From positions 18,662,001-18,726,000 of the forward strand of contig NC_043004.1 of NCBI RefSeq assembly GCF_006345805.1: a DNA stretch of 64,000 nt, read 5' to 3'. The stretch is from Octopus sinensis (Eukaryota). Positions 1 through 14,117 of this stretch are shown piece after piece. A model generated the notes under the pieces. It saw nothing but the letters and a program-made list of their open reading frames with translations, did no database searches and was not told the origin of the DNA. Every line of letters begins with the position of its first letter. Position 1 is the stretch's first letter. The position numbers and the translations under genes were made by a program.

Positions 1-422
1 GAACAGAAAGAGGTTGAAAGGGTAATGGAGGAGTATGAATGGTATGAAATGGATGGGATCAGATATGCAGTGCTGGAAAAGAGAATATAGATGAGTTTGT
101 GTTGAGGTGTGAAAGGGAGAATTGGGAGGTGAAAGATACAAGAATGAGCGATGAATTCGTGGAATATATGGAGGACAGTTTCGGAGTAAGAATGGATATG
201 GATGGTCTTCGTATTGGGAATGAACATTCAGGTGACAGTGAAAACAAAAGGACAGGTAAGTGATGCTGGCGGAGGGGGCCGTTAGCATCGCTTTCATATT
301 ATCATTTTTTTTCATTTTCATTTGCTCATAAATTTAATCATATTGTTTCTATGTCCCCCATGTTTTGTTATGTCCGCCATTCTTCGTAGCCCCTGGTGGG
401 TAATAAAATAACATGGAGGAAA
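1..422 (+). mobile_element. 3' end of a Tx1-related element (acidic ORF tail, hairpin, Tx1-type 3' tail)
   Basis: 389-422 (GCCCCTGGTGGGTAATAAAATAACATGGAGGAAA) nearly equals the LINE 3' end at 5608-5641. A hairpin GATGCTGGCGG/CCGTTAGCATC (262-289) follows an E/D-rich reading frame ending ~263. Confidence 0.55.
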
Positions 423-640
423 TCAATTTTTTGCGTTATTAGTAAGTTGATATATATTTTTTGCTCTCGTACTATTATCTCTGTTATTATATACTGTTGG
501 TCAACCTGTTTTTGTCTATTGTTGTCTAACGACGAAGTCAGCCTTCGCGCGAAGACTTCGCGTTGGTGTTCCCCCCTCAGTGGGGGAAAACTACAATTAA
601 TTTGGATTTACCAAAGGCTTGTTAAAGCCATTTGTTCAAG

Positions 641-1820
641 ATGGAGTCCCCCATCTCTTATTTCGCCCGTGACGAGCGAGATGAATACCCGGCGTTGTCG
701 CCAAGTAAAAGAGGCGTTGTCGCCAAGAAAAAAGAGGCGTTGTCGCCGAGAAAAAAGAGGCGGCGTCGCCCAAGAAATGGAAAACCAGTACCAGCATCAA
801 CTCCAGCAAAAAAATTCGCTGAAGTGGCTGGGAAAAAGATCAAAAAATAAATATAGAATTTTAAAAATTTGCAGACTGCGTAAAAAAAGAAGGCACAGAA
901 GTGACTGTGGCCACAAACATACAAATACATGACGATATAGAAGAAAAAAAGAATAATATATAAAACTTACGACACAACGAAAAAATGATCCAAAAAATCG
1001 AAGAAAAAAAAAAGAGTCTTGTCTAAAACCGTTTATGGACAAAATAACGTATATAAACAGAGGAAAAGATACGGCACAGTGGAGGTGCGTTTTACTACGG
1101 AGGATATAGCGAAGAAACTATCGATGGAGCCGATCAAAGCGGAAAACATTGTCTTACTACCATTGTATAAAGGAAAAAGGACGTCAAAATTTCAATGAAC
1201 AACATACCGCCAGAGGCAGATGCTGAATGTCTGGTGGCAGCAGTGATGGTAGTCTGGAGGAAAAAAAAAACATCCTCCAGGCCACAGTGGAGGAAGATTT
1301 TTTGGAAAGGCCAAAAAATAGTGATAGCCATTCAGGCGGAGGTGCAAACACTGGAAGAAATTCCAGAAACGGTAAAGATTAGTGAAGACGAGAAAATAAC
1401 AGTGTTTCGTGGAGGGCAGGAAACCGAGGTGCTTCGGCTGCGGCAAGAAGGGGCATGTAAGGGCGGAATGCCAACCCCAACCCAAACCGCAGGAAGCACC
1501 TAAGCCAAAAGAAAAAGAAGACAATGTGTCACCAGAAGCAGCGTCAGACGGCCCAGAAGGGAAGACTGAAGGTGTGGAGGTGACGGTGACAGCAGAACCA
1601 GCGGCGGAAAAAAAAAGAGCGAGGAAAAGATAAATGAGGAGGGGGGAAAAATTATCGGAAAAAAAAAAAGAAAAACGGAAACACCCCTCCCAGAGTAATT
1701 TAAAAAAGAAAAAAGTCAATGAACTCATATATGGCCGTAAAGGCATCAAATAGCAGACTCGGAAACGTGTTGGCAGCCATGGCCAAAGTAGAGAAAGTAG
1801 AAAAAAAAATGACTTTGTAA
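641..1820 (+). pseudogene. Tx1-like ORF1 (gag-like nucleic-acid-binding protein), fragmented
   Basis: Zinc knuckle CFGCGKKGHVRAEC (~1430-1471), NIPPE motif and K/E-rich tail spread over several frames; 22-23-bp repeats at 691-775. Confidence 0.7.
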
Positions 1821-2003
1821 TTTACAGAATAGACCGGAGGATTACGGGCGGATAAAGTCAGAATTCTTCCATGACGTAGGCCCACTTAGATTGGATGTAA
1901 CATCTCCACATATATTCGAGGGCCTACGTCAGACTCCCCCACGAGGCCCAGAAAAAGAGTTTGAAGAACAAGAGAAAACCGAACCACTGATATAAGGTAA
2001 GCA

Positions 2004-5000
2004 ATGGATTACATTTATGTTGTTTGTTTGAATGTGCGCGGCCTGGGAGCAGGCTGGAAGCAAGGTCGCTTCCTGCATGATATCAGGTCGCGTAATTTAG
2101 ATGTTATTGTTGCTACAGAAACCCGGTTAGAGGGGCCAAGAGGTCTACTCCCGCTGTTTGACGGCTACGAGAGTTTTTTTCTCTCCTGGCAGTCCTACAG
2201 GCGGGAGTGGGGTGTTGGTCCTATTAAAAAGAAACCGGGTTTCTGAGAAAAAGTTAATTTTTGCAGATCCAGAGGTAGGCTGGTCGTCATGGATCTGACG
2301 TTCAGTATGGTAAAGTTATCAGACTGGTTGCAATTTACGCACCCAACCATACAGGGCAAAGTGATTATTTTCGTGAACTAGAAAACTTTCTTACTTGGTA
2401 TTCGCATTCATTAGTGGTGCTAGGAGACTTTAACACAATTTGCAAAGCGGATGTAGATTATGTTGGCTCGTGTCCAGATAGAAAAGGCAACAGTGGCTTC
2501 ATGGAACTGCTAAGCCGCTTTGAGCTAGCAGATCCTTATAGGCTGGAATTTCCGAACGCTCCATTGTGGACATGGTCAAACAGCGACGGATCTTCCAGGT
2601 CATATTTAGATAGAATACTAATTAGAAAAGTAGACAGTAAAATAGCTAAGTGTCCACAGTTTTACCCGATCAGCTACAGTGATCATAAAATGGTCACTTG
2701 TAAGCTTGACATAGATAAGGTTAAAAATAGAGGATCCGGTTACTGGAAACTTAATACGTCCCTTTTGGCGATTAAGGAGTACAAAGACCGGATTAGGAAT
2801 ATAATTCAGAGGGCACTATCTGGTACCATCATTAATAACAATGGTGGTACGCCCTCAAACGAGCCATCAAGTTTGAGTCTATTATATAGCATAGGAGTAG
2901 TGGCTAGAGAGGCTAGAAGGGAAACTACTCTAGTTAAGGAATTAGAGGAAGCCATGAAAACTGGCTCTGCGGCTCAGGTGGCGTCCAAGAGACTGGTGTT
3001 AAACCAGCACCTCGAGGCCAAACACATGGGCTGCATTGTCAGGGCTAGAATCCGTCATATGGGATGTGAAGGAATCAACGCCGTGAGATGGGCCCGAGTG
3101 GTGGAAGCTCAGCATGGTAACGATGCCACGATTCGATCTTTGACGAACCAACAAGGTGAGTTGATAAACGAACCCGAGGAGATATGTGAGGCCTTTCAGG
3201 AGCACTTCGCTCAGCTTTTCGGTGAGTGCGGCGGACTGGATAGGAGGAGGGCCTTTACGGACCTACTCGACGGTCTGCCGCGCTTATCGGGGCGAGATGC
3301 GGAGGGCTGTGAAGGGCCAATCACGCCTGAGGAGGTGTTTGAGGCAATGGCGGACTGCGGCGCGGGCAAGGCGCCGGTTTTGGATGGTCTACCCTATGAG
3401 TTATATAAGAGTATGCCAGACTTGTTCGGGCACCTACTGGCGGAGGTCTATGCGAACTGGCAGCAGAACGGGCTTATACCCAGATCTGTGCGCCGGGGAG
3501 TAGTGACTCTCGTCAGAAAGGACCGAGCAAGGGGGCAGTGCATAAATTTCAGGGCCCATCACTCTGCTAAACACAGAGTTGAAGATTTTGGCCAAAGTGT
3601 TATCGAAAAGATTGGCGCGTGTCGCGGATGGTCTGATCGGAGAGGCACAGACATGTGCCGTTCCGGGCAGATCCATTCAGGATAATCTCCATCTAATGCG
3701 GTACACTATAGAGGGTTTAATAGTGATTCTGGCAAGGGTGGGCACTGGTCCATTTAGACCAATCTAAAGCTTTTGATAGGGTCACCATCGTTACCTGGTA
3801 TCTGCCCTGGCACAGTTCGGGCTGAGCCTTGGCTTCCTCAGGTGGATTATCCAAATTTATGATAACATCGACTCGGTAGTTCGGGTGAACGGCTTCTTGT
3901 CGAAGCCGTTCAAAATCAAACGCTCGGTTCGTCAAGGGTGTCCGCTCTCCCCGCTTTTGTACGTGATGGCTCTTGAGCCATTACTGCGAAAACTGAGCGG
4001 CATCCCGAGACAGCCAGGTAATGGAAAATCAGTGTCAGCGTACGCGGATGACATCACCATCATCGTAACCGAAATGGACCACCTATGTAAAGTAGGCAAG
4101 GCCATAGAGGTTTACGAGACGGTGACAGGAGCAAAAGTTAATCGCGAAAAGTCAGTCGGCTTGCAACTCGGCACCTGGAGAGGCAAGTCGATGCCTCCTG
4201 ACAGCGTCGTGGGACGTTGGACGGAGGGTCCGATTAAACTGCTAGGGGTCTGGTTCGGTCCAGACCTCCAATAGAGAGAATTGGGGCGAGGTAACGAGCA
4301 AGGTGGCTGCAGTAGCCAAGACCTGGTCTTGGCGGTGGCTATCCTGAAAGGGAGGGCGGAGGTGCCAATGTGTTTATCGCATCGGTTATCACCTACCGCC
4401 TTTCCGTCGTTCCTTGCCCTGACTCGTGGTTGATCAAGTTGGAAAGACAGCTCTTCTACTTCTTGTGGAAGGGCGGGAAACCACTTGTGAAACGCTCTAC
4501 TTGCTGTCAACAACCGTTAAAGGGTGGGCTAGGGATGCCTTGGCTGATGATGCGCAGACATGCGCTGAGGTTAAGACATCTGTGGCTCTACCTGGATGGT
4601 GAACGGGTGTGGTCTTCGCTAGCAAAACTGATGTTTCCCAAGTTCACTAGTTTCGGTGGATGGGAAACCTGGCTGAATCGTAGATCGAAACTTGGTACTT
4701 GGTACACGGAGTGTCGCAAGGCTCTCCTGCTATTCCGTCGCTCGGGCAACGCCTGCGGTGGGGGTTCCACCACATTCCTCTATAGAGGGTTGGTAGAGGC
4801 GGAATGTGAAGATACCTTGGGGGAAACCCTAGGTCTCGACGATAATCAGCTGGCCAGTCTGTTCCGACGTACGTTCGAGCCGAGGACACTGGACAACTTC
4901 CAGAAGTCTCTGGCATGGCAATGCTACAGAGGAGCTCTACCTGTTCGGGATAAACTCGCAAGGCACGGTGGCCAAGACAGTCCGATATGTCCAAGATGCG

Positions 5001-5388
5001 GGCGGGATAGGGAAACCGTCCCGCACGCTATTGTTCATTGTCCGGACGTGTCTGAGGTGTGGGTTTATGCCGAACACCTGTTGTCAGGTACACGAAGAGT
5101 ACAGCTGTCGACTGAGTCGATTACAAAAATTGACCCACCGGATTTCCTCGTGAATGAAGGTAAGTTTCGTTTTCTCGTTGTAGTAGCAATTGCGAAAGAG
5201 GTGATATGGAAGACGAGAATGAAAGGTTTACAGTCAGGCAAGTTCATCTCCGCCCTGGTTTGATGAATTATTTCATCTTTCACCTGAAAAGGAAGATAGG
5301 GCTGGAGAGAATATGCCTGACTAGGAGAGTGTATGAAGAACGATGGAAGGATGTAGCACGAAAGTTGCGAGTGAAAGATACAACATAA
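2004..5388 (+). pseudogene. Tx1-like ORF2: AP endonuclease, reverse transcriptase and zf-RVT in six or more frameshifted segments
   Basis: LNVRGL, ATETRL, LGDFN, SYLDRIL, SDHK, GYWKLN (APE); PVLDGLPYELY, KILAKVL, VRQGCPLSPLLY, YADD at 4041-4052 (RT); CPRCGRDRETVPHAIVHC (zinc finger). Confidence 0.92.
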
Positions 5389-5631
5389 ATGTAATACCAA
5401 GCGCAACCAAAAGTATCAGTGGGAGGCGGGGCTCGTGGGTCCGAGCTAAACTCGCACCCACTCCACCCGTAATGTCTTCCGGTCTGTCCATCATTCGATT
5501 TCTGTCCATTTATTGTAATTCATGAAAATTTTTAAAATCCGATTTATTGTAAAACCCATTCGTTTGTCTGACCCCATCATCAGATTGTATTGTCCCCATC
5601 TATGTTCGCCCCTTGTGGGTAATAAAATCAC

Positions 5632-5935
5632 ATGGAGGAAAGCACATTCGAAAAGTGTCTTGGTGCGACTATGAAAGTTATCTAATCAGAGGCGGTAAAT
5701 TTGCCACAATAGAAGCAAGGTTCGAGTCAACGGAGCGTGCAAGGGAGTACTCGACTCGAACTTGCAAAGTGGAAATATTTTATTTTTACCTTTATATCTG
5801 GGACGTAGGACGTGCCGGAAAAAAAATTTTAAATGTCCCCCCCCCCAGAAGTAGAGGTAGCCTGGATTGTAGCCACACTTCTATACAAGAGGGAGGACAA
5901 GATACAATTGATCGAAATTACAAGAGACGGGCTAA
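5632..5935 (+). pseudogene. Fragment of a second Tx1-like ORF1
   Basis: YLIRGGKFATIEARF...LNVPP/EVEVAWIVATLL aligns with YLARVSKFGEVEVRF...GIPPEIDVTWIAVVVL of the 13037-13591 ORF. Confidence 0.65.
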
Positions 5936-6082
5936 CAATTCCAGTCTGTTATATATTTTGAGTATTGTTATCACTAGCGATATCAAGATATAACTTTGTA
6001 TTTTATGTGTAGATGTATATATATAAATGTACATGTAATATCTACACACACATATATATATATATACACACATATATACATG

Positions 6083-6125
6083 CACTAGCACTATGACCCG
6101 GCAACGACGGGTCTTTAATGCTAGT
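6083..6125 (+). mobile_element. Helitron-type 3' terminus or tiny palindromic derivative
   Basis: Hairpin GACCCG...CGGGTC followed by CTAG|T; the segment is bounded by ACTAGCA/TGCTAGT. Confidence 0.5.
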
Positions 6126-9100
6126 ATAATATAAAATAGGAAAAGATTGCTTTTTGCTAAGAAAAAGATCTAATAACTTTTCAAATTTTACCAGCTCATT
6201 CAATTTCGTCTCTCCGAAAATCTATTTTAGAATTAAAGGATATTAGTTATTGATTTCTGTTTTTGTGTTTTCAAGATAAATATTTTTTTGTCCGCGTTTA
6301 TTTTTGTTCAACAGGCTGCAGCAAATTATGCATCTGAAAATTTAATTTGAATGAAAGCTTGATCACTCTTGCGTATATGCATATGTATGCTTATTGCATA
6401 ATCGCATACTTTTGATTAGTTTCTAGAAGCATATCGAATTCCTATGAATGTTTGTTGAAATTAATACAACTTAATCAACAAGATATGATAGTTGGCTAAA
6501 GAAAAATTCATTGTACAAATAGGATGTTGATAAGAGATACAATTTAACGTATAAAAATGAATATTTTTCAGGTAGGAACAATAGTGGTTGTAATGCAAAG
6601 TTTGCAAACAAAACAGAAACTGCAGAGACAGTATTTCAATACTGAGGGAACTTAAAACGAAAGTATTTAAATACATAGGTTTTACTGTAATAACCATGCA
6701 TTCAACTGTAAGTAAAGCTAGGCCGGACGTTTGTAAGAGCAGAGCTCGATATAAATTGCGCAAGAAAGTAACAGCAAGGTCACGATCGATTTGTCACAAA
6801 GAATGACTGAAAATTTCGTCTTGCAAAATTGAACGATGTACTTGGGGATGACATACATTTACAGCAGAAATGATATAAAATACACAGTATAATTTGGTCT
6901 GTATAACTAGTTAAATTGATTATAAATCGTATTAGAAATATATTTTGTCAGTTAATTTAAATGTCCATTATGGAACACAGATTTATGCCAATTGTATCTT
7001 TGTGTACACAGATATAAACAAATGCAACATACTTTTAGTTTTTGCTTCAGTTCTTTGCAGCATTCTCTTCATATATAGTTTAAAGTGCTTCATAATTTAT
7101 ACTACTAACTATCATTGATTTATTCTTTTCATCAAAATTTTCACACCAACTTACTGGAAATTGTAAGAGATTAAAGAATTGTACACGAAACGACATCTGG
7201 TTTAATATCATCAGTGTTCCCAATACAAACTTGTTGCGGTTTAAAATTACGAATTACTTACTTAGGTGGCAATGTTTTTCTTTTATTCCATGCATTTCAG
7301 TTGCTCTGGCTTTTTACAACTATATTGTATTATACTTGGAAGTGGTATTACTGGCCAGAAGAAAATGAGCTCTGTTTGTAATCGTATTGAACAATTATTT
7401 TCTATAGTCGGACCTAACAAAAGCAAGAAAATTGACTAAGATTTCATTTTGATATCCAAATTAACGTAGATGTTGTATTAGAACTGTAAATACTGCGTTA
7501 TTTACCTTGAGAGGTCGGACATTGCATAAAAGCATTCATGTTTATATCTTTGGCATAGTAAAAAAGTTTGCTACGGGCGCCGAAACTGCGAAATTACGAG
7601 ATTTCGTGCCGCCCGGGCTCCTTTTGGTATTACTACAGTTTCTGCCGCTGTTAATTAGATTTCACATTATTATTTTGTCACTTTATATGGCATCAAAAGT
7701 CTAATATTATTTAATTCCATATGTCACTCTTTCAAAATAATCTTCAGAGGTATGTATGTATGTATGTATGTATAGTTTTTAAAACTATATCAGAAATTCA
7801 GTATTGATAGTAGTTGAATAGCATAGTAAAATAGTGAATGCGAGCTATATAGGCTGATGGCATGCTGCAAGCGAAGCTGCACGTTAGATTCTCGAAACAA
7901 AATCATATCTGAATAAAAAGCTGGTTCCAGTATCTTTTATCGTTCACTTGTTTTAGTCGTTAGAATGTGCCATGCTGGGGCACCACCTTGGAAAATTTTT
8001 AGCCGAACGAATCGATCCCAGTATTTATTTTTTAAAGCCTGGTTCATATTCTATCAGTCGCTTTTACAGAACCGCTGACGCTATGTTACGGGGGTAAAAA
8101 AAAATATGAACAAAATACTTGTTACTGATTGGAATCACAGATTTTGGATTCACAGTATCATAAATAAATGATTCTAAACTGTATCTATGCATAACTTTTC
8201 CAATACAAACAACAGATAGGTGTTTCAGTAACACTAAACGACAAACGAGTCACTGAAAAGACTATTGTACTTTCTATGGCGAAAACAGCATTTGGTGTTT
8301 TAGTTGCTCCAGATATATTCCGACTCTGCTAGATGTATTCAAAGAATCTGCTTCCAGTTTTAGAGAAAAAAAAGAAACTGAAAACATGTGGAAGAAATAT
8401 TTTATATGTACCCTATAATAGCGGAGGCAAACATGATAGTTATAATATAGCATCTATAGTAATATAGATACTTCTGGGAATTACTGTTTTTGTACGTTCA
8501 CATCTTCAGATCAAGTTTATAATCATATCGAAAAATGATGGCTACAAACATTACTCATGTCCAAGTATGCTATCAAGGAAAGAGACAGCGAAAGGTTCTA
8601 GATGCTATAAAATATGAAGCTGATGTTCAATATTGAAATCAATTTGTAATCATTAATATATAAACCTATTCTCTTCCTATTAATACTTTTTGTTACAGAC
8701 AGGGAAATTAATATATTAGAAACCATCTAGTATATACTAGAAACCATCTGAATATCTAAAGATAATGTGAAATATACATAATTCTTCTGGATTTAATTTA
8801 CATATAATGCAGGGCTGTGTATATTATTACGAAGTTCACATTACAGTTACGTATTTTTTAGTTCAACTCCAGTAGCCAGTGCATTGAATAAATGTAATTT
8901 TTTATGAGCTTAGTTCAGTCAAAGCTTTGTAAGTGAAATTTGAGTGTAGCAAGTTGTGGGAATTCAATCAGAGGGAATTAAACAATACATTTCCAAGTGA
9001 GTAAAGCAGAGTCCACTCTGTGTAAAATAGTCTGGCTAATTCTTCGGTTTTAAAGTCACTTCTCTTCTTCCTATCAAGCCCAGAAGCTCCGAAATGGTTA

Positions 9101-12100
9101 TGGATGTTGTCGTTATTTCTCTGGTTATGTCATATGTAAATAATAGGAAAATAATATTTTGCTCAGACCTAATGAATTCGAAGTAGAGAGCTTGGTAAAA
9201 TATCCTATTTAGATGGTAATATAAACAAGTCTGGTAACTGCATCTATATAATCCAGTCCCCACTGTCAAGTTTATGGCTTTGAGACTACACCGAAAGCTT
9301 TATTTAGCTTAAAGAAATGGAAGAGAAACCCTTATGGCTTGATGAAATCACGATTAAATCTTCTGCATAAGCTTCAGAAATATGGTGCCGTGCTTCAAAA
9401 GAAAGTCGTTAAGCTCAGTTTAGAAAGAGACCATCACTACTCAGGTATAGAAAAACGAGTATAACGTATGATTTTAATCGAAACTGAGCAGATAGGAAGT
9501 GAAAATATCATACAAACCTTCCTCAGTGCTTTCCAGCGCTATGTTATATTCTTAGAAAGAACGGAAGAGAAACAATGTAATTGGAGATTATATTTTGAAG
9601 AACCGAAAAAACATATTTGGTGTTAAGTGTAATTGATATGAAATTCGTCATCTAATTTGATCTCCACTAAATCATTACAAGTTGACATTAATAAGGCAGT
9701 TTAATCAATGTGTATAATATAGATTATAGAATAGGATTATATTACATTTATTTGTGATATATAAAATAGTTACCAGTATTTCAAATAATTGATGTCGATT
9801 CAAATTCAGGTGTTAAATAAATTACAAAGTTGTTTCAGGAAGACAATTTCCCACATAGCTATAACTGATTTATTTTGTATGAAAATGACATTCATATATT
9901 TATCAGAGAAGAGAAGTAGCAGTCGCTTCCTTCAGTGTGCCTGTTTAAATATATTGCTGTTATACTTACAATATTATTTTTGCCGGAAGAATGAACAATG
10001 GAACTTGTCAAGGCGATATTTGAACAAGAAATCAAATTGAGCAAAACAAAGAGTAGTGCAAAACATCTAATGGATTTTCAGTTGTGCGGAAGAGCTCCAT
10101 TATCCCTAGAAATCAATATCCAGTTCTTCTGTAATCATAAGTAATTAATTTAACTTTTGTATTTAAATCGACATAATGTGAAAGACTGGCGTTAATTTCA
10201 TAAATCCAAGACAAATGCAATACAATGTAAACCACTTACTAAAATTGAACTCAGAATTTTGATGTACAATCCTAAACTTAAATCAAGAGACATTGAATCT
10301 CTTGATTTACGGTTTATAAAAATCAAAAGAAATTTCTTATATACGTATGAGATCACACATTTGTTGGAAAAAGCGGAAGACATGGACCCATTTCCCATAT
10401 CTTTCTTAAGTATATTTGAGCATAAACTGAAGTGGAATAGATACGATAGAAAATCGTAACGTAAAGCATTTTTCTTTACTTTTCTAGACAGCAAAAAGGA
10501 AAATAACAATATAAGCTCATAGTAATAAAAAAATCAATTCTTATGACACACACTGAATAAAATCGGCCACATTTAATTCACAATACGACTAATCTCATTG
10601 ATTTTGTTTCATCATAAAACATGAGTCTAAAAATGGTAATGAGAAATTAAAATATTAAAAAAATTGGCGCCTCGTAGTCTCTGTAATCTCTAGTTAGATT
10701 TCTCTTTCAGTATTCGATTTCACAATCTGAGTATTAAATAGATCGATTTTAAAGTAAACTTAGCTCATTTTACTTTTTATGTATGCAAATTATTCTACTC
10801 AAAAATTATTTGTATCTCTGTAAAAATCTTTGTCAAACATTTAAGCAGATCTGAGTAGACTATACAAAAGTGACGAGGTCTAATGAAACGGAATATACTT
10901 TCGCTCATGTTCACTGAACTGCAAACAAAGATTAGATTAACTTGGGGAAATTAATTCATAACTACTTAAAATTATATCTTCTTTCCTTTGAGAGCCACCA
11001 ACAGTTGCCGCTAGGTTCTAGCTTTTATCCTTCTTTCTTCAAATAAATGGTATACTAAGTTCACTCGGAATTTAGTATACCACTCCTTATACATTTGGAC
11101 AAGAAAAGCCAGTGGGGCAAGTTTTCTGATATTTCCTAAAGAGGATATTGGTTTAAAACTTTGAAAACTTACAAACAATAATAATATTTTACCTGACATT
11201 ATTTTGAAAGTTGTAATACGACAGGACGTGTTCAATAGAACAATTAGCAACGTTTAAATTGCCATACAAACTTTTCAGGAATTGTAAATACGCATCATAT
11301 AAAGAATTGACCTTGTATTATTCTTACATCAAATTTATCCAATTTTAATCAATAACAATTGAGTCAAAGTTCACTGAAACAGTGAAGAAAGATTAAGTAC
11401 ATCTAATCTATTTTTGAATGGTGGATCGTGAAGCACATGAAGCAATAAATGATAACCTGTAAATGTTAGAAATCTGTTCTTTTGAATAGCTTTCGACTTT
11501 TTTGGAAAAAAGGGATTTTTAACCCAATATTTACATGCTATTTTTAATAGTATTATGTGCTCCGAGATTCTCGAAAGTTTATAAATTATTATGAAGTCAA
11601 CAACATATAATTCTCGCTTGTAAGAACAAAGCTTCTAAAATGATTTGGCCCTATGGTAGAACGCCTTTGATATCTACAGGAAATATGATTTAATTTCCCA
11701 CAGGCATCTTTCGGCTTTTTCTACAGATAAGAGTTTCTCAACCAAATATTTACACGCTATTATGTATAGCTTTATGTGCTTCGAGGTCCACTGTACCAAA
11801 AGGGAATTATTTCACATACTCTCGAAAGTTTAAAAATATTCACGCTAGTATAATACCTTTAGTTTCAAAGTGGAAATACAACAAGGGCGAATTTGCTCGC
11901 CATCCCTTTTCTATCGACCCATAATACTCTGAGTAAATCTAATCAACCATGTACTCTTAGTCAAAATATATGAAATCGTATTTTATGACACTCATTTAAT
12001 TTGAAATAGCATTAGTGGCGTGCAAGGGAAGATATGAATTTGAAACCGTATCTGGATAATTTACTTGATTCGTTAAGTTTTATATTTTGATTTAGAGGTA

Positions 12101-12788
12101 TCGTTCAAGAAAAGTGATCGTTTTTAATGAAAGTAAAAGTCGGCGTAGAGTAGAGGATAAATTGCCTTTAATCAGTGCCTGCAACTCAGTTTCAATTCCA
12201 TGATCTAACCAAATCATAAACGCTACGTCGCTAATGATACATTATAATCTCATTATAATGCTACGTTTCTAATGCTACATTACAATCTCGTATAGTTTAA
12301 TTTGTTGCCTGGAGGCTTGGCCACGATCATGACGATACAATAAACCGTCGGCAAATAAAACCACGAGATGATTACATTACTCGACTGAAGATATTTCAGT
12401 TTAATGAGAAAAGTACCAACATATTTACTTTTAACGTTTCCTCTCATAAATCATTTCTCTCTCATAATCTTACATACTTTTATTTTATACCAGAAGGTTT
12501 GAACATTGTAGCAAATAAGTATCATTAAGAAAACAATGATATTACAATAAACTTTCGGCAAATATACTCCACAAGAGAGTTACTCTACTCGGCTGAAAAT
12601 ATTTAAATTTACTGAGATAAGTACCAACATATTTACATTTTCTCTCCCAAATCGTTTCTATTGTATAAGGTCGTCCGAGAGTCTTGTCGCCCCCTACCAA
12701 AAAGTAATAAGAACGATAGAGGAACAATATAATAATCCTTTCTACTATAGGCACAGTGCCTGAAATTTTGGTGGAGGAGACCAATCTT

Positions 12789-12925
12789 TTAGATCGACTC
12801 CAGTACGCAACTGATACTTAATTTATCGACATCGAAAGGATGAAGGGCAAAGACGACCTCGGCGGAATTTGAACTCAGAATGTATAGCCACGAAATACCA
12901 TTAAGCATTTCACTCGGCGTACTAA
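12789..12925 (-). mobile_element. Partial tRNA-derived SINE (family of 32561-32795)
   Basis: Reverse complement of TTCTGAGTTCAAATTCCGCCGAGGTCG..GCCCTTCATCCTTTCG..GTCGATAAATTAAGTA. Confidence 0.75.
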
Positions 12926-12929
12926 CGAT

Positions 12930-13830
12930 TCTAATCTTTTTATTATCCACTTGCTTTTTCTGGGGCTCTTTCGTATCTTCTCTGTCTTTTTGGTAGGTGA
13001 AGGGCAGTCCGCTCTGATGTCGCCCTTCAGGCCACATTAAAAGCACCGAGGGATTCTGCCCTCCACCCTGACCCTCATTATCACGTCGTCCATAATTATT
13101 GTTTCTGTAATATTTTCTAGGGTTTCGGTTGAACCTTGAATAATCATGTCCAGTATATGTCCCTTCCATATAACACTTTGCGTTTTTGTGGCCTGGAGAA
13201 CCACTATGTTGTCCTCATTTCCCAGAAGAACAACGACTGCTATCCAGGTCACATCTATCTCTGGCGGAATTCCCTCCACCCTAACTGTGGTTGCACGTTG
13301 TCTACGGTAAGTAGGCAAAAGCACCACTTCCTCACTCGTAATGGTAGTCACTGTGTGCTTTTTCGCTGTTGCCGCGTCCTTGAATCTCACCTCCACTTCC
13401 CCGAATTTAGAAACTCTCGCAAGGTACAAAATTCCATGCCATATTGGTCTTAACGCTTTTTCAATTTGACCCATGATCATGACGTCAATCTTTCCTTTAA
13501 TTATTGAAAATGTTTTGTTGAAAATTGTTCTTTCTTTCATATTATTAAGCGTCTCTTGTGGGGATGGGGGACAATTTAATGTCAAATCCATCCCAACTTA
13601 ATAAATGTTTGTAATTTTCACATTCACCAATATTAATATCATTTTCCTGGCACTTTACCTCATCCACAAAATTTCTCTTCATTTAATTTTTCGTCCATTC
13701 TCTTGACTGCTTTCAAAAATTCCTCTTTTGAAGACGACATGTCTGACATTTTTTTCACTAAGCCGACCCTCTTCTATGAGGAGGGGAAGCACAAACAAGT
13801 CTCTGTATAACTAAAGAATCTGTCTTTCGA
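12930..13830 (-). pseudogene. Third Tx1-like ORF1 with 5' UTR; 3'-truncated at a SINE
   Basis: 184-aa ORF 13037-13591 ends VRVEGRIPRCF followed by a broken CCHC knuckle. The 5' UTR motif AGACTT..GTG.TTCCCC.CTCA resembles 553-590. Confidence 0.7.
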
Positions 13831-14117
13831 TTTCAATAATAACGCATGACACAGACAGGCATTTCATACATATCCTCGATATCCTATATTACATAACCTC
13901 TAAACTTTATTTCATAATTAACAACTGAAAATGCAATTTAAACAGATTCCAATTGTCTTACTCTTAGGCGAGAATGTAATCTGTTGATATGTGACTGCGT
14001 GTTGATAATTAGAAGAAAGCAGACTTCACCACGTCTTGAATACTCCAATTTCGAGGTCTTTCTACTTTGACAATTTCTCCACTTCTATTTGGGCAAAATT
14101 TTGGTCAGAGGGATTGC

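Larger units (their letters stand above)
540..5641 (+). mobile_element. Near full-length Tx1/L1-clade non-LTR retrotransposon, frameshifted (5' boundary approximate)
   Basis: ORF1 with CCHC knuckle, then ORF2 with APE endonuclease, RT and C-terminal zinc finger, then a 3' UTR with AATAAA. Confidence 0.9.

Noticed and set aside
7500-10500. Possible decayed coding or transposon sequence
   Set aside because: Only short ORFs with no identifiable motifs.
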